Assembly (NCBI GenBank): GCA_965657355.1
Contig: CBFHOE010000014.1
Coordinates: 4,312-32,016, forward strand
DNA from: Limisphaerales bacterium
GTDB lineage: Bacteria > Verrucomicrobiota > Verrucomicrobiia > Limisphaerales > JAJOIW01
Length of the DNA stretch: 27,705 nucleotides
Direction of reading: 5' to 3'
The position numbers and the translations under genes were made by a program. Below are positions 1 through 9,612 of the stretch, one piece after another. The stretch's first letter is position 1; every line of letters begins with the position of its first letter. The notes beneath the pieces are model-generated. The model was not told the DNA's origin, did no database searches, and saw only the letters and a program-made list of their open reading frames with translations.

Positions 1-1293
1 GAGAAACCTGAAGCTTCAGCCAAGGAGAGGGCCACTGAGGTAATCAACCATTTTGCATACAGAGCGTTTCGAAGACCTGTATTACCAAATGAGTCGACAA
101 GACTTTTAAGGCTTTTCGAAAAGGGATCCGAAAAAGGGTATAATTTTAATGAATCAATAGGCTTGGCTTTGAAAGGGGTCATCCTGTCTCCACATTTCTT
201 ATTCCTTCCAGAGATTGAATCGGATGAGCCTGGCATCCACCCTCTGAGCTCCTATGAATTGTCGACTCGGCTCTCATATTTTATTTGGGCAAGCATACCG
301 GATGATGAGCTGTTGTCATTAGCTGAGTCAGGTGAGATAAGACAAAAGGATGTCATTGAAGCCCAGGTGATAAGAATGCTTAAAGACGACAAATCCTCTG
401 CCCTGGCGGAGAGATTTACCATCCAATGGCTTGATTTAAACGATATGGGAATATCTGTAGCCCCAGATAAAAATAAATTCCCTGAATACAACAATGAACT
501 TCTCAACTCAATGAAAGGAGAGATTACCCATTTCTTTGCGGATTTGTTTAAAAATGATAAGCCAATTACCCTTTTTCTTGAGGCAAATTATTCTTTCATT
601 AATAAATCTCTAGCCAAACTTTATGACATACCCTACGACCAAGTACCGGGAGACAAAGCGTCATCGGGTGATTACAAAAAGGTCGTCTTTAATGAATCGT
701 CAATGCGTGGTGGGCTGCTAGGGATGGCTGGCGTACACATGGCAACGAGTTACCCCGGAAGGACGAGCCCTGTGTTGCGCGGACGTTGGATACTTGAGAG
801 TATAATTGGAGATGATGTCCCACCGCCTCCTCCAAATGTCCCGGAACTCGAGGAGTCGGAAGAGACAGAGATCCCAGGATCTTTGAGAAAGCAACTTGAA
901 TCACATCGTACAAACCCAGATTGCGCAGCTTGCCATGACAGGATGGACCCGCTCGGATTTGGTCTTGAAAACTTCGACGTCCTCGGCAGGTGGCGATCAG
1001 AAGTTCATGGCAGTGAAATTGATGCCTCAGGAAAACTGCCTTCTGGTGAAACATTCTCTGGTCCAGGAGAGCTTAAAAAAATTATCCTCAAAAAGAAAAT
1101 TAAAGTTATCGACCATATGATCAAAAAAATGATCGGTTATGCATTAGGTAGAGAATTAAATAAATTTGACGAGTGTGTCATACGCGAGAGTCGCCTAACA
1201 TTTGAGGCTAACGATTACAAACCATCACATTTAATCAAATCAATCGCAACAAGCTTTCCTTTTAGATACAGATTCTACGCAATTCAAGAATAG
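1..1293 (+). CDS. DUF1592/DUF1588/DUF1585/DUF1595-domain protein with CxxCH heme-binding motif (5'-truncated)
   Basis: Frame is open from base 1 (EKPEAS...FAYRAFRRPV, DUF1595-like), so the real start lies outside the window. Motifs seen: SPHFLF, ELSTRLSYFIWASIPDDEL (DUF1592), RGGLLG...RTSPVLRGRWIL...CAACH (DUF1588), YALGREL (DUF1585). Confidence 0.88.
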   Translation, partial: EKPEASAKERATEVINHFAYRAFRRPVLPNESTRLLRLFEKGSEKGYNFNESIGLALKGVILSPHFLFLPEIESDEPGIHPLSSYELSTRLSYFIWASIPDDELLSLAESGEIRQKDVIEAQVIRMLKDDKSSALAERFTIQWLDLNDMGISVAPDKNKFPEYNNELLNSMKGEITHFFADLFKNDKPITLFLEANYSFINKSLAKLYDIPYDQVPGDKASSGDYKKVVFNESSMRGGLLGMAGVHMATSYPGRTSPVLRGRWILESIIGDDVPPPPPNVPELEESEETEIPGSLRKQLESHRTNPDCAACHDRMDPLGFGLENFDVLGRWRSEVHGSEIDASGKLPSGETFSGPGELKKIILKKKIKVIDHMIKKMIGYALGRELNKFDECVIRESRLTFEANDYKPSHLIKSIATSFPFRYRFYAIQE

Positions 1294-1326
1294 CAAAACT
1301 AAGAATACAGCGCTGAAGATTACGAT

Positions 1327-2712
1327 ATGAATTTTATTCAAAAAAAATGGCACATGCCTCGCAGAACATTCTTAAAGGGTGCCAGTGCGTCACTTGGCCT
1401 ACCATTTCTTAATGCAATGTCTCTGGATGGCGAACCAATAACAAAAGATACTCCAAAGCAAAAAACGGCCACAATACCAAACAGAATGGCTTGTATCTAT
1501 TTTCCTAATGGGGTTTGGGAAAAAACTTGGCACCCCAATCCTGAAGATGGTGAATTTGTCTTACCCTTTTCACTTGAGCCATTGGAGCAGCACAAGGACT
1601 CGCTCATAGCTTTTAGTGGACTCGATAAAAAGCACAGTCACAGAGGAGACGGTCATTATGCGAAAACAGCGAATTACTTGACTGGTCTCCCTGTGAGAAA
1701 AACAACAGGTAAGGATTTGAGCGTAGGTGGAATTTCCATTGATCAGCTATGCGCTCAAGAGCATGGCCATTTGACTCCGCTACCATCATTAGAACTGTCC
1801 ATCGACCCGGTTATATCAGGCATCGATACTAATGTTGGGTTTACACGACTTTACGGATCTTATATTTCGTGGAGATCTGAATCAATACCAGTCGCAAGAG
1901 AGATAGCGCCAGCCAGAGCATATAAAAAAATCTTTGGAATCATAGAACAAAGAAAACAGACTCATTTCTCAAAAAATCAGCAAGACCATCTTCTGCTGCT
2001 TGACCATATTTTAGAGGATGGTCAATCGCTTCGAAATAAGCTCGGCCGCGATGACCAATTTAAACTCGATGAATACCTGGACTCGGTAAGAGAGATTGAA
2101 AAAAGAATCTCGTACTTTACGAATCAAGACCAAAGAGCATGGGAGCAAGCAAAGGATTCTCATCTTGAAGATATCGCAGCACCTGCGGGAGCTCCAGGCG
2201 ACCACCAAGAGCATGTAAGGCTGATGTTAGACCTTATGGTGCTAGCATTTTGGTCAGACTCTACAAGGATTAGTAGTCTGATGTTTGCAAGAGATGTATC
2301 AAATAAGAATTTTGCAGAGCTTATTGAGGGCGTATCAGGAGGACATCACGGACTATCGCACCACCAAAATAAAGATAAAGCAATAGAGCAGTATTCTAAA
2401 ATCAACCGATGGCACTCCGAACAATTAGCCTACATGATGAACAAAATGAAGGGCATCAAGGAAGGAGAGTCAACCTTACTCGATAACTCAATGATTCTTT
2501 TCGGGTCGAGCTTCTCAGATGGAAATGCTCATGATCCTAGCAACCTCCCCATAATTTTGGCTGGTAAGGCAGGCGGGTCAATCCGTTCCGGAAGACATAT
2601 CAACACTCCGGACCCGACCCCTTTGTGCAATCTATATAAGTCCATGCTTGATCGAATGGATGTGGAAGTAGAAGCCTTTGGCGATAGCACATCATCACTA
2701 GATCTCTCCTAA
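1327..2712 (+). CDS. DUF1552-family protein with twin-arginine (Tat)-like signal
   Basis: RRTFLKGASASLGLPFLNAM N-terminus, YFPNGV, SIDQ, LPSLEL, LDEYLDSVREIEKRI, HHGLSHH, LLDNSMILFGS..SDGNAH..NLPIILAG. Lies directly downstream of the DUF1592 gene, its usual partner. Confidence 0.9.
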   Translation: MNFIQKKWHMPRRTFLKGASASLGLPFLNAMSLDGEPITKDTPKQKTATIPNRMACIYFPNGVWEKTWHPNPEDGEFVLPFSLEPLEQHKDSLIAFSGLDKKHSHRGDGHYAKTANYLTGLPVRKTTGKDLSVGGISIDQLCAQEHGHLTPLPSLELSIDPVISGIDTNVGFTRLYGSYISWRSESIPVAREIAPARAYKKIFGIIEQRKQTHFSKNQQDHLLLLDHILEDGQSLRNKLGRDDQFKLDEYLDSVREIEKRISYFTNQDQRAWEQAKDSHLEDIAAPAGAPGDHQEHVRLMLDLMVLAFWSDSTRISSLMFARDVSNKNFAELIEGVSGGHHGLSHHQNKDKAIEQYSKINRWHSEQLAYMMNKMKGIKEGESTLLDNSMILFGSSFSDGNAHDPSNLPIILAGKAGGSIRSGRHINTPDPTPLCNLYKSMLDRMDVEVEAFGDSTSSLDLS

Positions 2713-2811
2713 GATGAAGAATAAAAATTCCAGTCGATACAACGATTGATGCCTTTAGGGAGAAAATATAAATAAATTTTTGCCGGGTGGATTATTCAGG
2801 TCGCCTGGGAT

Positions 2812-5676
2812 TTATACTGAGATAGCATCTATGCAACGATGGCATAATTCAGGATGATCAGAGTCTTTTCCAACTGAAGTCTCCCAATGCCAACATCTAC
2901 TGCACTTGGATGCCCCAAATTCTTGAAGATGCTGCACGACAATCGATTGCTCATCTTGGAATTCGATATTGACCCCTTCGATATTTATGCTTTTTTCTTT
3001 GGCCTCATCAACGACGACAAGCTGAGAAATATTGAGGATTTCAAGGAAAGTTTCTTGATTTTTTTCAATGACGATTTTCTCATCACCTTCAAGCTGTATA
3101 GCGACCACTGCCTCAAGAGATTTGCCTATAACCTTCTCCTTACGAGCCTTTTCCAAAACACCTAAAATCCTATCTCTGACCTCAAACATGACAGTCCATT
3201 GGCGTTCCTCTTCCTCACTAATTTTGAAATCTAATCCCTCTTCAAAACGTGTGAGGTGGATGCAATCAGACCCTGGAGAATGACCAGGGATAAATCCCCA
3301 GGCTTCATCAGCTGTGAATACCAGAATAGGTGATAGCAGTTGAGAATATCTTTTGACTAAATGATAAAGGGCTGTTTGGGAAGACTTTCTCCTATGGCTG
3401 GTAGATGCATCGGAATATAGTCTGTCTTTAACGAGATCGTGGTAAATTGCCGACAATTCTACAGCGCAAAATTGACTCAATTTTTGATAAACCGTATGAA
3501 ACTCACAAGCGTCGTAGGCTTTACAAACATCCTTATTGAGTGAAGCCATTTTGTTTAAAACCCAACGGTCTAGGGGTGTCATGTCAGCAAAACCGACACT
3601 ATCCTTTTTGGGATCAAAATCATAAAGGTTTGATAGTTGATACCTCAGAGCGTTGCGGATACCACGGTATGATTCAGCTACCTTTGCTATTCTTTTCTCA
3701 TCGACCTTAATATCATTTCGAAAATCCTGAGATGATACCCATAAGCGGACTATATCAGCGCCGTAATCCTTGATATAAGCCTCAGATGTTTGAGGTTTGA
3801 CATATTCACCGCTCTTACTTTTAGAAATTTTCTGTCGGTCGAGGTCGACCATGAATCCGTGAGTGAGGACGGACTTAAATGGTGCCGCGCCATTTCCTGC
3901 TAGTGAAAGGAGCAGAGAGGACTGAAACCACCCTCTATGTTGATCACTACCTTCAAGGTACATATCTGCTCGCCATTGGTCGCTACCGTCCATATCAGCT
4001 CGACAAAGTTCCGGGCGAGCTTTGACTACGCTTCGACTTGATGAACCGGAATCAATCCAAACGTCTAAGGTATCTGTCGATTTTCTATCTGGAATTGGTC
4101 CGGAGTAATTATCAGGCACAACTTTGCCCCAAAGTTCCTCGACGCTCAGCTGGAACCAAATATTAGAGCCGGACTCTTCAACAAGATCAGCAGTATTTCG
4201 AATGACAGAGGCATCAAGAATTGAAGTCTCACCGGCAAAGAAAACGGGAATCGGCACGCCCCAGGTCCTTTGTCGAGAAATACACCAGTCTGGTCTATTA
4301 GAAACAGCTCCTACAATTCGATTTTTGCCCCACCCGGGGATCCATTCGACATTATCTATTTCTGCTAGAGCTTTATCACGAAACCCATCGTGGTCTACAT
4401 TAATAAACCACTGATCCATAGCACGAAAGATAACAGGTGTTTTGCTCCTCCAGCAATGCGGATACTCATGATGATAATTTTCTAGATGCAGCAAATAATC
4501 ACCCTCACGGAGAATTTGAATTACGGCTTCATTTGCTTCACTTTTTCCATTCTTGGGTAAAATACGCTTACCCAATAAAGATTCGGGCATCTGGCGATCA
4601 ATAGGAAGATCATCTGTGTAAGCCAAGCTCCCACCGTCATCGACAGGAGAGTATATGGGAAGATTATTTGCTAACCCGACACCGTAATCCTCAAGTCCGT
4701 GACCGGGTGCGATATGAACAAATCCTGTCCCAGTCGTATTCTCCACAAAGTGGTCGCCTTCATAAAGTTGCCCTGTTCTATTAATAAACGGGTGCTGGTA
4801 TTCCATTTCCATCAGATCCTCTTTCGTTAGAGTCCTGACTATTTCCCAATCCTCCAGCTGACATATTTCAACGAGACTGTCCAATAGAAGTGTTGAACAA
4901 ATGAGTATTTCATCACCAACCCGAAAGGCCGTATAGTCAAAGGTTGAGTTATATGCGACCCCCAAGTTTGCTGGGAGGGTCCAAGGAGTAGTCGTCCAAA
5001 TGAGGATAAAGGTTTTATTCATCCCAACGACCGGGAATTTCACAAAAATACTCTGGCTAACATGATCTTTGTATTCTACCTCTGCGTCGGCCAGAGCGGT
5101 GTGGCACGGGATACTCCAATACACTGGTTTCTTGCCTCGGTAGACAAATCCTCCAGCAACGATGTCAGCAAAAAGTCGCAACTCATCTGCCTCATATTTT
5201 TTATCCAATGTCAAATAGGGATGATCCCAATCACCAAATACCCCAAGTCTTTTGAATTGAGATTTTTGAATTTCAATGAATTTTTTTGCGTAAGCCTCAC
5301 AGGCAGATCGAATTGTCGCAGCATCAGTGTCAGTCTCACCTTTTTTACGCATCTCCTGTGTCACCTTGAATTCGATTGGAAGCCCATGACAATCCCACCC
5401 GGGGACGTATGGAGCATGTTTACCATCAAGTGTCTGATACTTGATGATGATATCTTTCAGGGTTTTATTGAGGGCCGTGCCTATGTGGACATCACCGTTT
5501 GCGAAGGGAGGACCATCGTGCAGTATGAACTTTTCGCACCCACTGTTCTTATCCAGCATTTTCTGGTGAATGCCAATCGATTCCCAGTGCTGCAGACGTT
5601 CTGGCTCACGGGTGACCAACGATGCCCTCATCGGAAAGTCGGTCTTTGGCAAATTGAGTGTATCTTTGTAGTTCAT
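2812..5676 (-). CDS. ileS: Isoleucine--tRNA ligase (IleRS type 1, C-terminal Zn finger)
   Basis: Start placed at MNYKDTLNLPKTDFPMRA (5676). LHDGPPFANG, GWDCHGLPIE, WTTTPWTLP, GTGFVHIAPGHG, DWCISRQRTWG, EGSDQHRGWF, C-terminal CSRCW...LCHRC. Confidence 0.98.
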   Translation of the reverse strand: MNYKDTLNLPKTDFPMRASLVTREPERLQHWESIGIHQKMLDKNSGCEKFILHDGPPFANGDVHIGTALNKTLKDIIIKYQTLDGKHAPYVPGWDCHGLPIEFKVTQEMRKKGETDTDAATIRSACEAYAKKFIEIQKSQFKRLGVFGDWDHPYLTLDKKYEADELRLFADIVAGGFVYRGKKPVYWSIPCHTALADAEVEYKDHVSQSIFVKFPVVGMNKTFILIWTTTPWTLPANLGVAYNSTFDYTAFRVGDEILICSTLLLDSLVEICQLEDWEIVRTLTKEDLMEMEYQHPFINRTGQLYEGDHFVENTTGTGFVHIAPGHGLEDYGVGLANNLPIYSPVDDGGSLAYTDDLPIDRQMPESLLGKRILPKNGKSEANEAVIQILREGDYLLHLENYHHEYPHCWRSKTPVIFRAMDQWFINVDHDGFRDKALAEIDNVEWIPGWGKNRIVGAVSNRPDWCISRQRTWGVPIPVFFAGETSILDASVIRNTADLVEESGSNIWFQLSVEELWGKVVPDNYSGPIPDRKSTDTLDVWIDSGSSSRSVVKARPELCRADMDGSDQWRADMYLEGSDQHRGWFQSSLLLSLAGNGAAPFKSVLTHGFMVDLDRQKISKSKSGEYVKPQTSEAYIKDYGADIVRLWVSSQDFRNDIKVDEKRIAKVAESYRGIRNALRYQLSNLYDFDPKKDSVGFADMTPLDRWVLNKMASLNKDVCKAYDACEFHTVYQKLSQFCAVELSAIYHDLVKDRLYSDASTSHRRKSSQTALYHLVKRYSQLLSPILVFTADEAWGFIPGHSPGSDCIHLTRFEEGLDFKISEEEERQWTVMFEVRDRILGVLEKARKEKVIGKSLEAVVAIQLEGDEKIVIEKNQETFLEILNISQLVVVDEAKEKSINIEGVNIEFQDEQSIVVQHLQEFGASKCSRCWHWETSVGKDSDHPELCHRCIDAISV

Positions 5677-5695
5677 CTTAAATTTTAGACCGGGA

Positions 5696-5724
5696 AGGCT
5701 ATCAACCAGTATGGCCAGTGTCAA
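5696..5724 (-). promoter_or_regulatory. Sigma70-like promoter of ileS
   Basis: Minus strand TTGACA-17 nt-TAGCCT, with the -10 ending 19 nt upstream of the ATG at 5676. Confidence 0.65.
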
Positions 5725-5754
5725 TTGACGACCCTCTACCCATTTCTCGAGCTC

Positions 5755-5785
5755 AAAAAAAAAGCCCGCAAATATGAGGGCTCTT
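5755..5785 (-). terminator. Rho-independent terminator after apaG
   Basis: Minus strand AAGAGCCC-TCATATTTGC-GGGCT followed by a T-run, downstream of the apaG stop. Confidence 0.7.
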
Positions 5786-5821
5786 AATCTTAAATATTTC
5801 ATAATGTAAGGCTCATTTTCG

Positions 5822-6202
5822 TCACATGGGTATGCTTAGCTCGAATTTAGGAATTCGAACAATGGAGGGATTTCCATCGCTATCCACAGCCAAATAGGCC
5901 CCTTCGGCAACACCTGCTTCAGTTTCAAGAAGGTGAAAAGAATTATAATTGAAAAGATCTCCTGGATTCAGCTTAGGACATTTACCGACTATACCCTCAC
6001 CTTCGACAGCATTAATTTCTCCTCTTCCATTGCGAAGCACCCATTTCCTTCCTCGAATTGTGACGGCGATATTCGACCGGTTTATTATGGTAATATAATA
6101 GGCAAAGCAGTGCGGCTTTTCTGGGTTGGTGTAGATTCCTGCTTGGTAAGCAACATGATCCACTGATACCGATAATCCTTTTAGTTCTTGGAGTGAAATC
6201 AT
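5822..6202 (-). CDS. apaG: ApaG-domain protein
   Basis: FAYYITIIN, RGRKWVL, VEGEGIVG..P.LNPG..F.YNS, IPKFEL. Start moved to MISLQEL (6202) to match the usual ~125-aa size. Confidence 0.88.
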   Translation of the reverse strand: MISLQELKGLSVSVDHVAYQAGIYTNPEKPHCFAYYITIINRSNIAVTIRGRKWVLRNGRGEINAVEGEGIVGKCPKLNPGDLFNYNSFHLLETEAGVAEGAYLAVDSDGNPSIVRIPKFELSIPM

Positions 6203-6509
6203 TATGAAATAAACTAATAATTTGAGCGCTGTTATCAGATATCGACCCCTACTCTTCTGTCTTGAATGGATATTCGACGCCCAAATTGTGTTCATATTTT
6301 ATAAACAACTCTCTACCAACACTTTATGGTTTTAATTTGAATGAAAAGGGATTGAGTTCGATAAAAAGCGAGAAGATGTGCACAAATATGAGACACCCCG
6401 CCATAATAAGCCGATATCTCGGGCGTTAGTCTGGCTTCACACTCAGAATGAGCTCGGTTAGGAGATTAATTTTTTTGGGCTAAGCAAAATTCCTTTGATA
6501 ATAAACTCT

Positions 6510-6537
6510 TTGAAGTGATCAAATAGTGGCGTAAATT
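6510..6537 (+). promoter_or_regulatory. Possible sigma70 promoter giving a leaderless or near-leaderless rhomboid transcript
   Basis: TTGAAG-16 nt-TAAATT, 8 nt before the ATG at 6546. No Shine-Dalgarno sequence. Confidence 0.35.
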
Positions 6538-6545
6538 ACATTGAT

Positions 6546-7487
6546 ATGTCGATCTCTGATAGATCATACATGGGAAGCTATGGAGGTGGGTTCAAGTGGT
6601 CATTGACGCTTTGGATTATTGCTGCAAACGCGGTATGCTTTTTTCTTCAATCCTTGATTGGTGATTGGACCATAAAATCTGCGGCTCCTCTTGCGTCACC
6701 TACGGCTCCCTCGGAAACGTATGTATTCCGCGAATATATTTATCTGAGCGTTGAGGGTATTATGCGTGGATATGTCTGGCAACTCATTACATTTCAGTTC
6801 ATGCACGGCGATTTCATGCACTTACTCTTCAATTCGCTGGCGATATTTTTCATCGGTAGAGCAGTCGAAAGACAGTTAGCGCCCGAAAAATTTCTTTTTC
6901 TTTACCTCTTCTCCGGTGTAGTTGGTGGGTTACTTCAAATAATTTGGATGCTTGTTCTAGGCCAAGGAGGGGCAGTGGTTGGTGCCTCGGCAGGCTTGTT
7001 TGGTTTATTGGGGGCTTTTGGGTTGCTCCTTGGGCATGAAATCATCACTGTTTTGCTTTTTTTCATTTTGCCTGTCTCATTTCCTGGAAGGATTCTCATA
7101 CCTGTTGGAATAGTCATTAGTATTCTAGGTATGGTGGGAGATCGAGGATCCGGAGTGGCTCACGCTGCCCATTTAGGTGGAATACTCGGGTCGCTCGCCT
7201 ATCTTAAATTCATCTACAACGAATATAAAGAGTTCGCCATCGGCTCATTCCTCAAAAATAATTCCTCAGGGAAAATTATAAAAGTCGCCAATTTTAAGAA
7301 GAAAAAACCACGAACCATTGACGTCAATCCTGTCTCAAGCTCTAAAGCCAGACCAAAAAGCGATATGCCCGGTGACGATGAAATCAACAAAATCCTCGAT
7401 AAAATAAACGAAAAAGGAATCCACGCCATTACGCCGGAAGAACGAAAAAAACTGGAGAAAGCAGGCAGTAAATTCAACAAATCTTAG
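6546..7487 (+). CDS. Rhomboid-family intramembrane serine protease with soluble C-terminal DUF6576-like domain
   Basis: WQLITFQFMHG..HLLFN, catalytic GASAG and AHAAHLGG, multiple TM helices, C-terminal EINKILDKINEKGIHAITPEERKKL. Confidence 0.92.
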   Translation: MSISDRSYMGSYGGGFKWSLTLWIIAANAVCFFLQSLIGDWTIKSAAPLASPTAPSETYVFREYIYLSVEGIMRGYVWQLITFQFMHGDFMHLLFNSLAIFFIGRAVERQLAPEKFLFLYLFSGVVGGLLQIIWMLVLGQGGAVVGASAGLFGLLGAFGLLLGHEIITVLLFFILPVSFPGRILIPVGIVISILGMVGDRGSGVAHAAHLGGILGSLAYLKFIYNEYKEFAIGSFLKNNSSGKIIKVANFKKKKPRTIDVNPVSSSKARPKSDMPGDDEINKILDKINEKGIHAITPEERKKLEKAGSKFNKS

Positions 7488-7551
7488 GATTTGGATTAGA
7501 TATGAAAATTTGCGCTGGCGAGATTGCAAGACTTGACGCAAGAATTACCCA

Positions 7552-8868
7552 ATGATCGAAAGATATGCGCGCCCTAAAATGAAGGGCATTTGGTCCGAGC
7601 AAAGGAAAAAAGAAATTTGGCTCGAAGTTGAAATACTAGCGGCTCAGGCGATTCATAAACACGGAATCGTATCTGATCAGGAACTCGAACAAATAAAGTC
7701 AAAGGCAGCATTCAGCATTGAGCGGTGTAATGAGCTGGAAGCAACCCTGCATCACGATGTGATAGCTTTTACCACTAATGTGTCTGAAAACGTTGGGGAG
7801 CCCGCCAATAAATGGATTCATTTTGGACTTACAAGCAGTGATATTCTAGACACTGCGTTTGCTGTGCAACTAAAGGAATCAGCTGATATATTGATCGATG
7901 GAGTCAAGAGCCTGAGGGAAACGATCGCCGAAAAGGCCAGAAAGCACAAATTAACTCCCATGATTGGAAGAAGCCATGGGATACATGCTGAGCCGCTCAC
8001 GTTCGGACTTAAAATGGCGCTCATGTATGATGAATTTGGCAGGGCCATCACTCGACTTGAAAATGCCAAAAAACAAGCTTCGGTGGGAAAAGTTTCAGGA
8101 GCCGTTGGCACCCATGCTCACCTTGCCCCCGATGTTGAAAAATTCATCTGTGAATCTCTAGGTCTGGCCCCTACGGCCATAGCTACCCAGGTCATCCAGA
8201 GAGATATTCACGCAGAATACATGAATGCTCTGGCACTTACAGCAGCATCCATAGAAAGATGGGCAACCGAATTCAGACATCTCCAAAGAACCGAAGTTTT
8301 AGAAGCTGAGGAATTCTTTTCAAAAGGACAAAAGGGCTCCTCAGCGATGCCCCACAAGAGAAATCCAATCACAGGTGAACGACTAACCGGTCTGGCGAGA
8401 GTCATTAGAGGCCATGCAGTGGCAGCGATGGAAAATATAGCTCTCTGGCATGAGAGAGATATTTCTCACAGTTCTGTGGAGCGAATTATCTTTCCTGACT
8501 CATGCGTGCTTTTGGATTACATGCTCCATAAATTAAACCAACTAGTCGAAGGGCTCATTGTCTATCCAGAAAACATGGAAAGAAATATGCAACTAACCCT
8601 TGGCATGTGGCACTCTCAAACAATCATGCTTGCTTTAGTGAAAAAAGGCCTTACACGAGAGGATGCATACAAGCTGGTCCAGAGAAATGCTATGGACACG
8701 TGGAAAGCAAAACACGACGGCAATACATCCGCCGATTTTAAATCTCAACTTCTCAAAGACCCTGAAATATCAAAGCTGCTCAGCGAGCAAGAATTAGACG
8801 AAATGTGCCACCTCGATTTCCATCTAAGACATGTTGATCAAAAATTTCACACACTAGGAATTGAATGA
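7552..8868 (+). CDS. purB: Adenylosuccinate lyase
   Basis: MIERY start, HDVIAF, HFGLTSSD, GRSHGIHAEP, fumarate-lyase signature GSSAMPHKRNP, LWHERDISHSSVER. Confidence 0.98.
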   Translation: MIERYARPKMKGIWSEQRKKEIWLEVEILAAQAIHKHGIVSDQELEQIKSKAAFSIERCNELEATLHHDVIAFTTNVSENVGEPANKWIHFGLTSSDILDTAFAVQLKESADILIDGVKSLRETIAEKARKHKLTPMIGRSHGIHAEPLTFGLKMALMYDEFGRAITRLENAKKQASVGKVSGAVGTHAHLAPDVEKFICESLGLAPTAIATQVIQRDIHAEYMNALALTAASIERWATEFRHLQRTEVLEAEEFFSKGQKGSSAMPHKRNPITGERLTGLARVIRGHAVAAMENIALWHERDISHSSVERIIFPDSCVLLDYMLHKLNQLVEGLIVYPENMERNMQLTLGMWHSQTIMLALVKKGLTREDAYKLVQRNAMDTWKAKHDGNTSADFKSQLLKDPEISKLLSEQELDEMCHLDFHLRHVDQKFHTLGIE

Positions 8869-9602
8869 CTAAAACTATTATAGATTGGCTAAACGTCCTC
8901 TGGAAACCTGTTCAAACGATAAAAAAAATATCCCAGTCGACCCCGGTAGATTGGCGTTGGAAATGGGCGGTAATCATCCTGATTGGAATCGAATTGACTA
9001 GCCAATTCATTGTATTCAATCAGCCTAAAATATTCGAACAAGCTAAAGAGGCTCATATAAAAGCGAGTGACGAGAAGATGAAGGCGGATGGTATTGAGCC
9101 ACTAGCTAGGGTTAAGGCGGTTGAAGCAATGGAGGATAAAATCCAACCATTTTATTTTATTGTAATGAATTCTGGCCGGGCCATTGTAGAGACCGCTGCA
9201 AGGTTTGCTATGATGACGGCTGGTTTCTGGATTTTATTGAGAGTGGTTTTAAATCAATTCCCATCCCTTGCGCCATCATTAGAAGCTGTTGGTTTATCCA
9301 CGGCGCCTCTCGCATTAGGCCTTTTGGCTAAACTGGCGACTGTGATAATAACCCAGGACCTTACGGCCACACCGTCAGCTAGTTTATTTTTTAAATTTAG
9401 TGATGCTTTAAATATTGGAAACGTTTTTATGTCACTCCTCAACCCGTTTTATATCTGGACCTGCTTCCTGATGGCAAATGCATCAATTCAGATCTGGAAA
9501 ACAAATCCTGGCAGGACTTTTTTCTGGTTTTACGCTGGCTGGGTTATCGTGACGTTCGGCTTTTCGTTCCTACAAAAATCGATTTCACTTCGAGGAGCGT
9601 GA
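8865..9602 (+). CDS. Yip1-like integral membrane protein
   Basis: NVLWKPVQT N-terminus, about 5 hydrophobic segments, LLNPFYIW motif. ATGA overlap with the purB stop. Confidence 0.6.
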   Translation: MTKTIIDWLNVLWKPVQTIKKISQSTPVDWRWKWAVIILIGIELTSQFIVFNQPKIFEQAKEAHIKASDEKMKADGIEPLARVKAVEAMEDKIQPFYFIVMNSGRAIVETAARFAMMTAGFWILLRVVLNQFPSLAPSLEAVGLSTAPLALGLLAKLATVIITQDLTATPSASLFFKFSDALNIGNVFMSLLNPFYIWTCFLMANASIQIWKTNPGRTFFWFYAGWVIVTFGFSFLQKSISLRGA

Positions 9603-9612
9603 TGAGATTTGG

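Noticed and set aside
2783..2808. Hairpin CCGGGTG...CGCCTGG between the convergent DUF1552 gene and ileS
   Set aside because: It depends on several G-U pairs and lacks a proper U-tract, so it is too weak to call a terminator.
5062..5688. 208-aa plus-strand ORF
   Set aside because: Antisense shadow of ileS with no recognisable motif.
5677..5802. 42-aa N-terminal extension of IleRS in the ORF track
   Set aside because: It spans a terminator and a good promoter, and the conserved IleRS N-terminus begins at 5676.
5677..5821. T-box or attenuator upstream of ileS
   Set aside because: The region is too short, has no T-box motif, and the hairpin lies upstream of the promoter, so it fits an apaG terminator.
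6203..6545. Possible ncRNA or riboswitch between apaG and the rhomboid gene
   Set aside because: No recognisable riboswitch consensus or strong stems, and only tiny ORFs. Divergent promoters explain the gap adequately.
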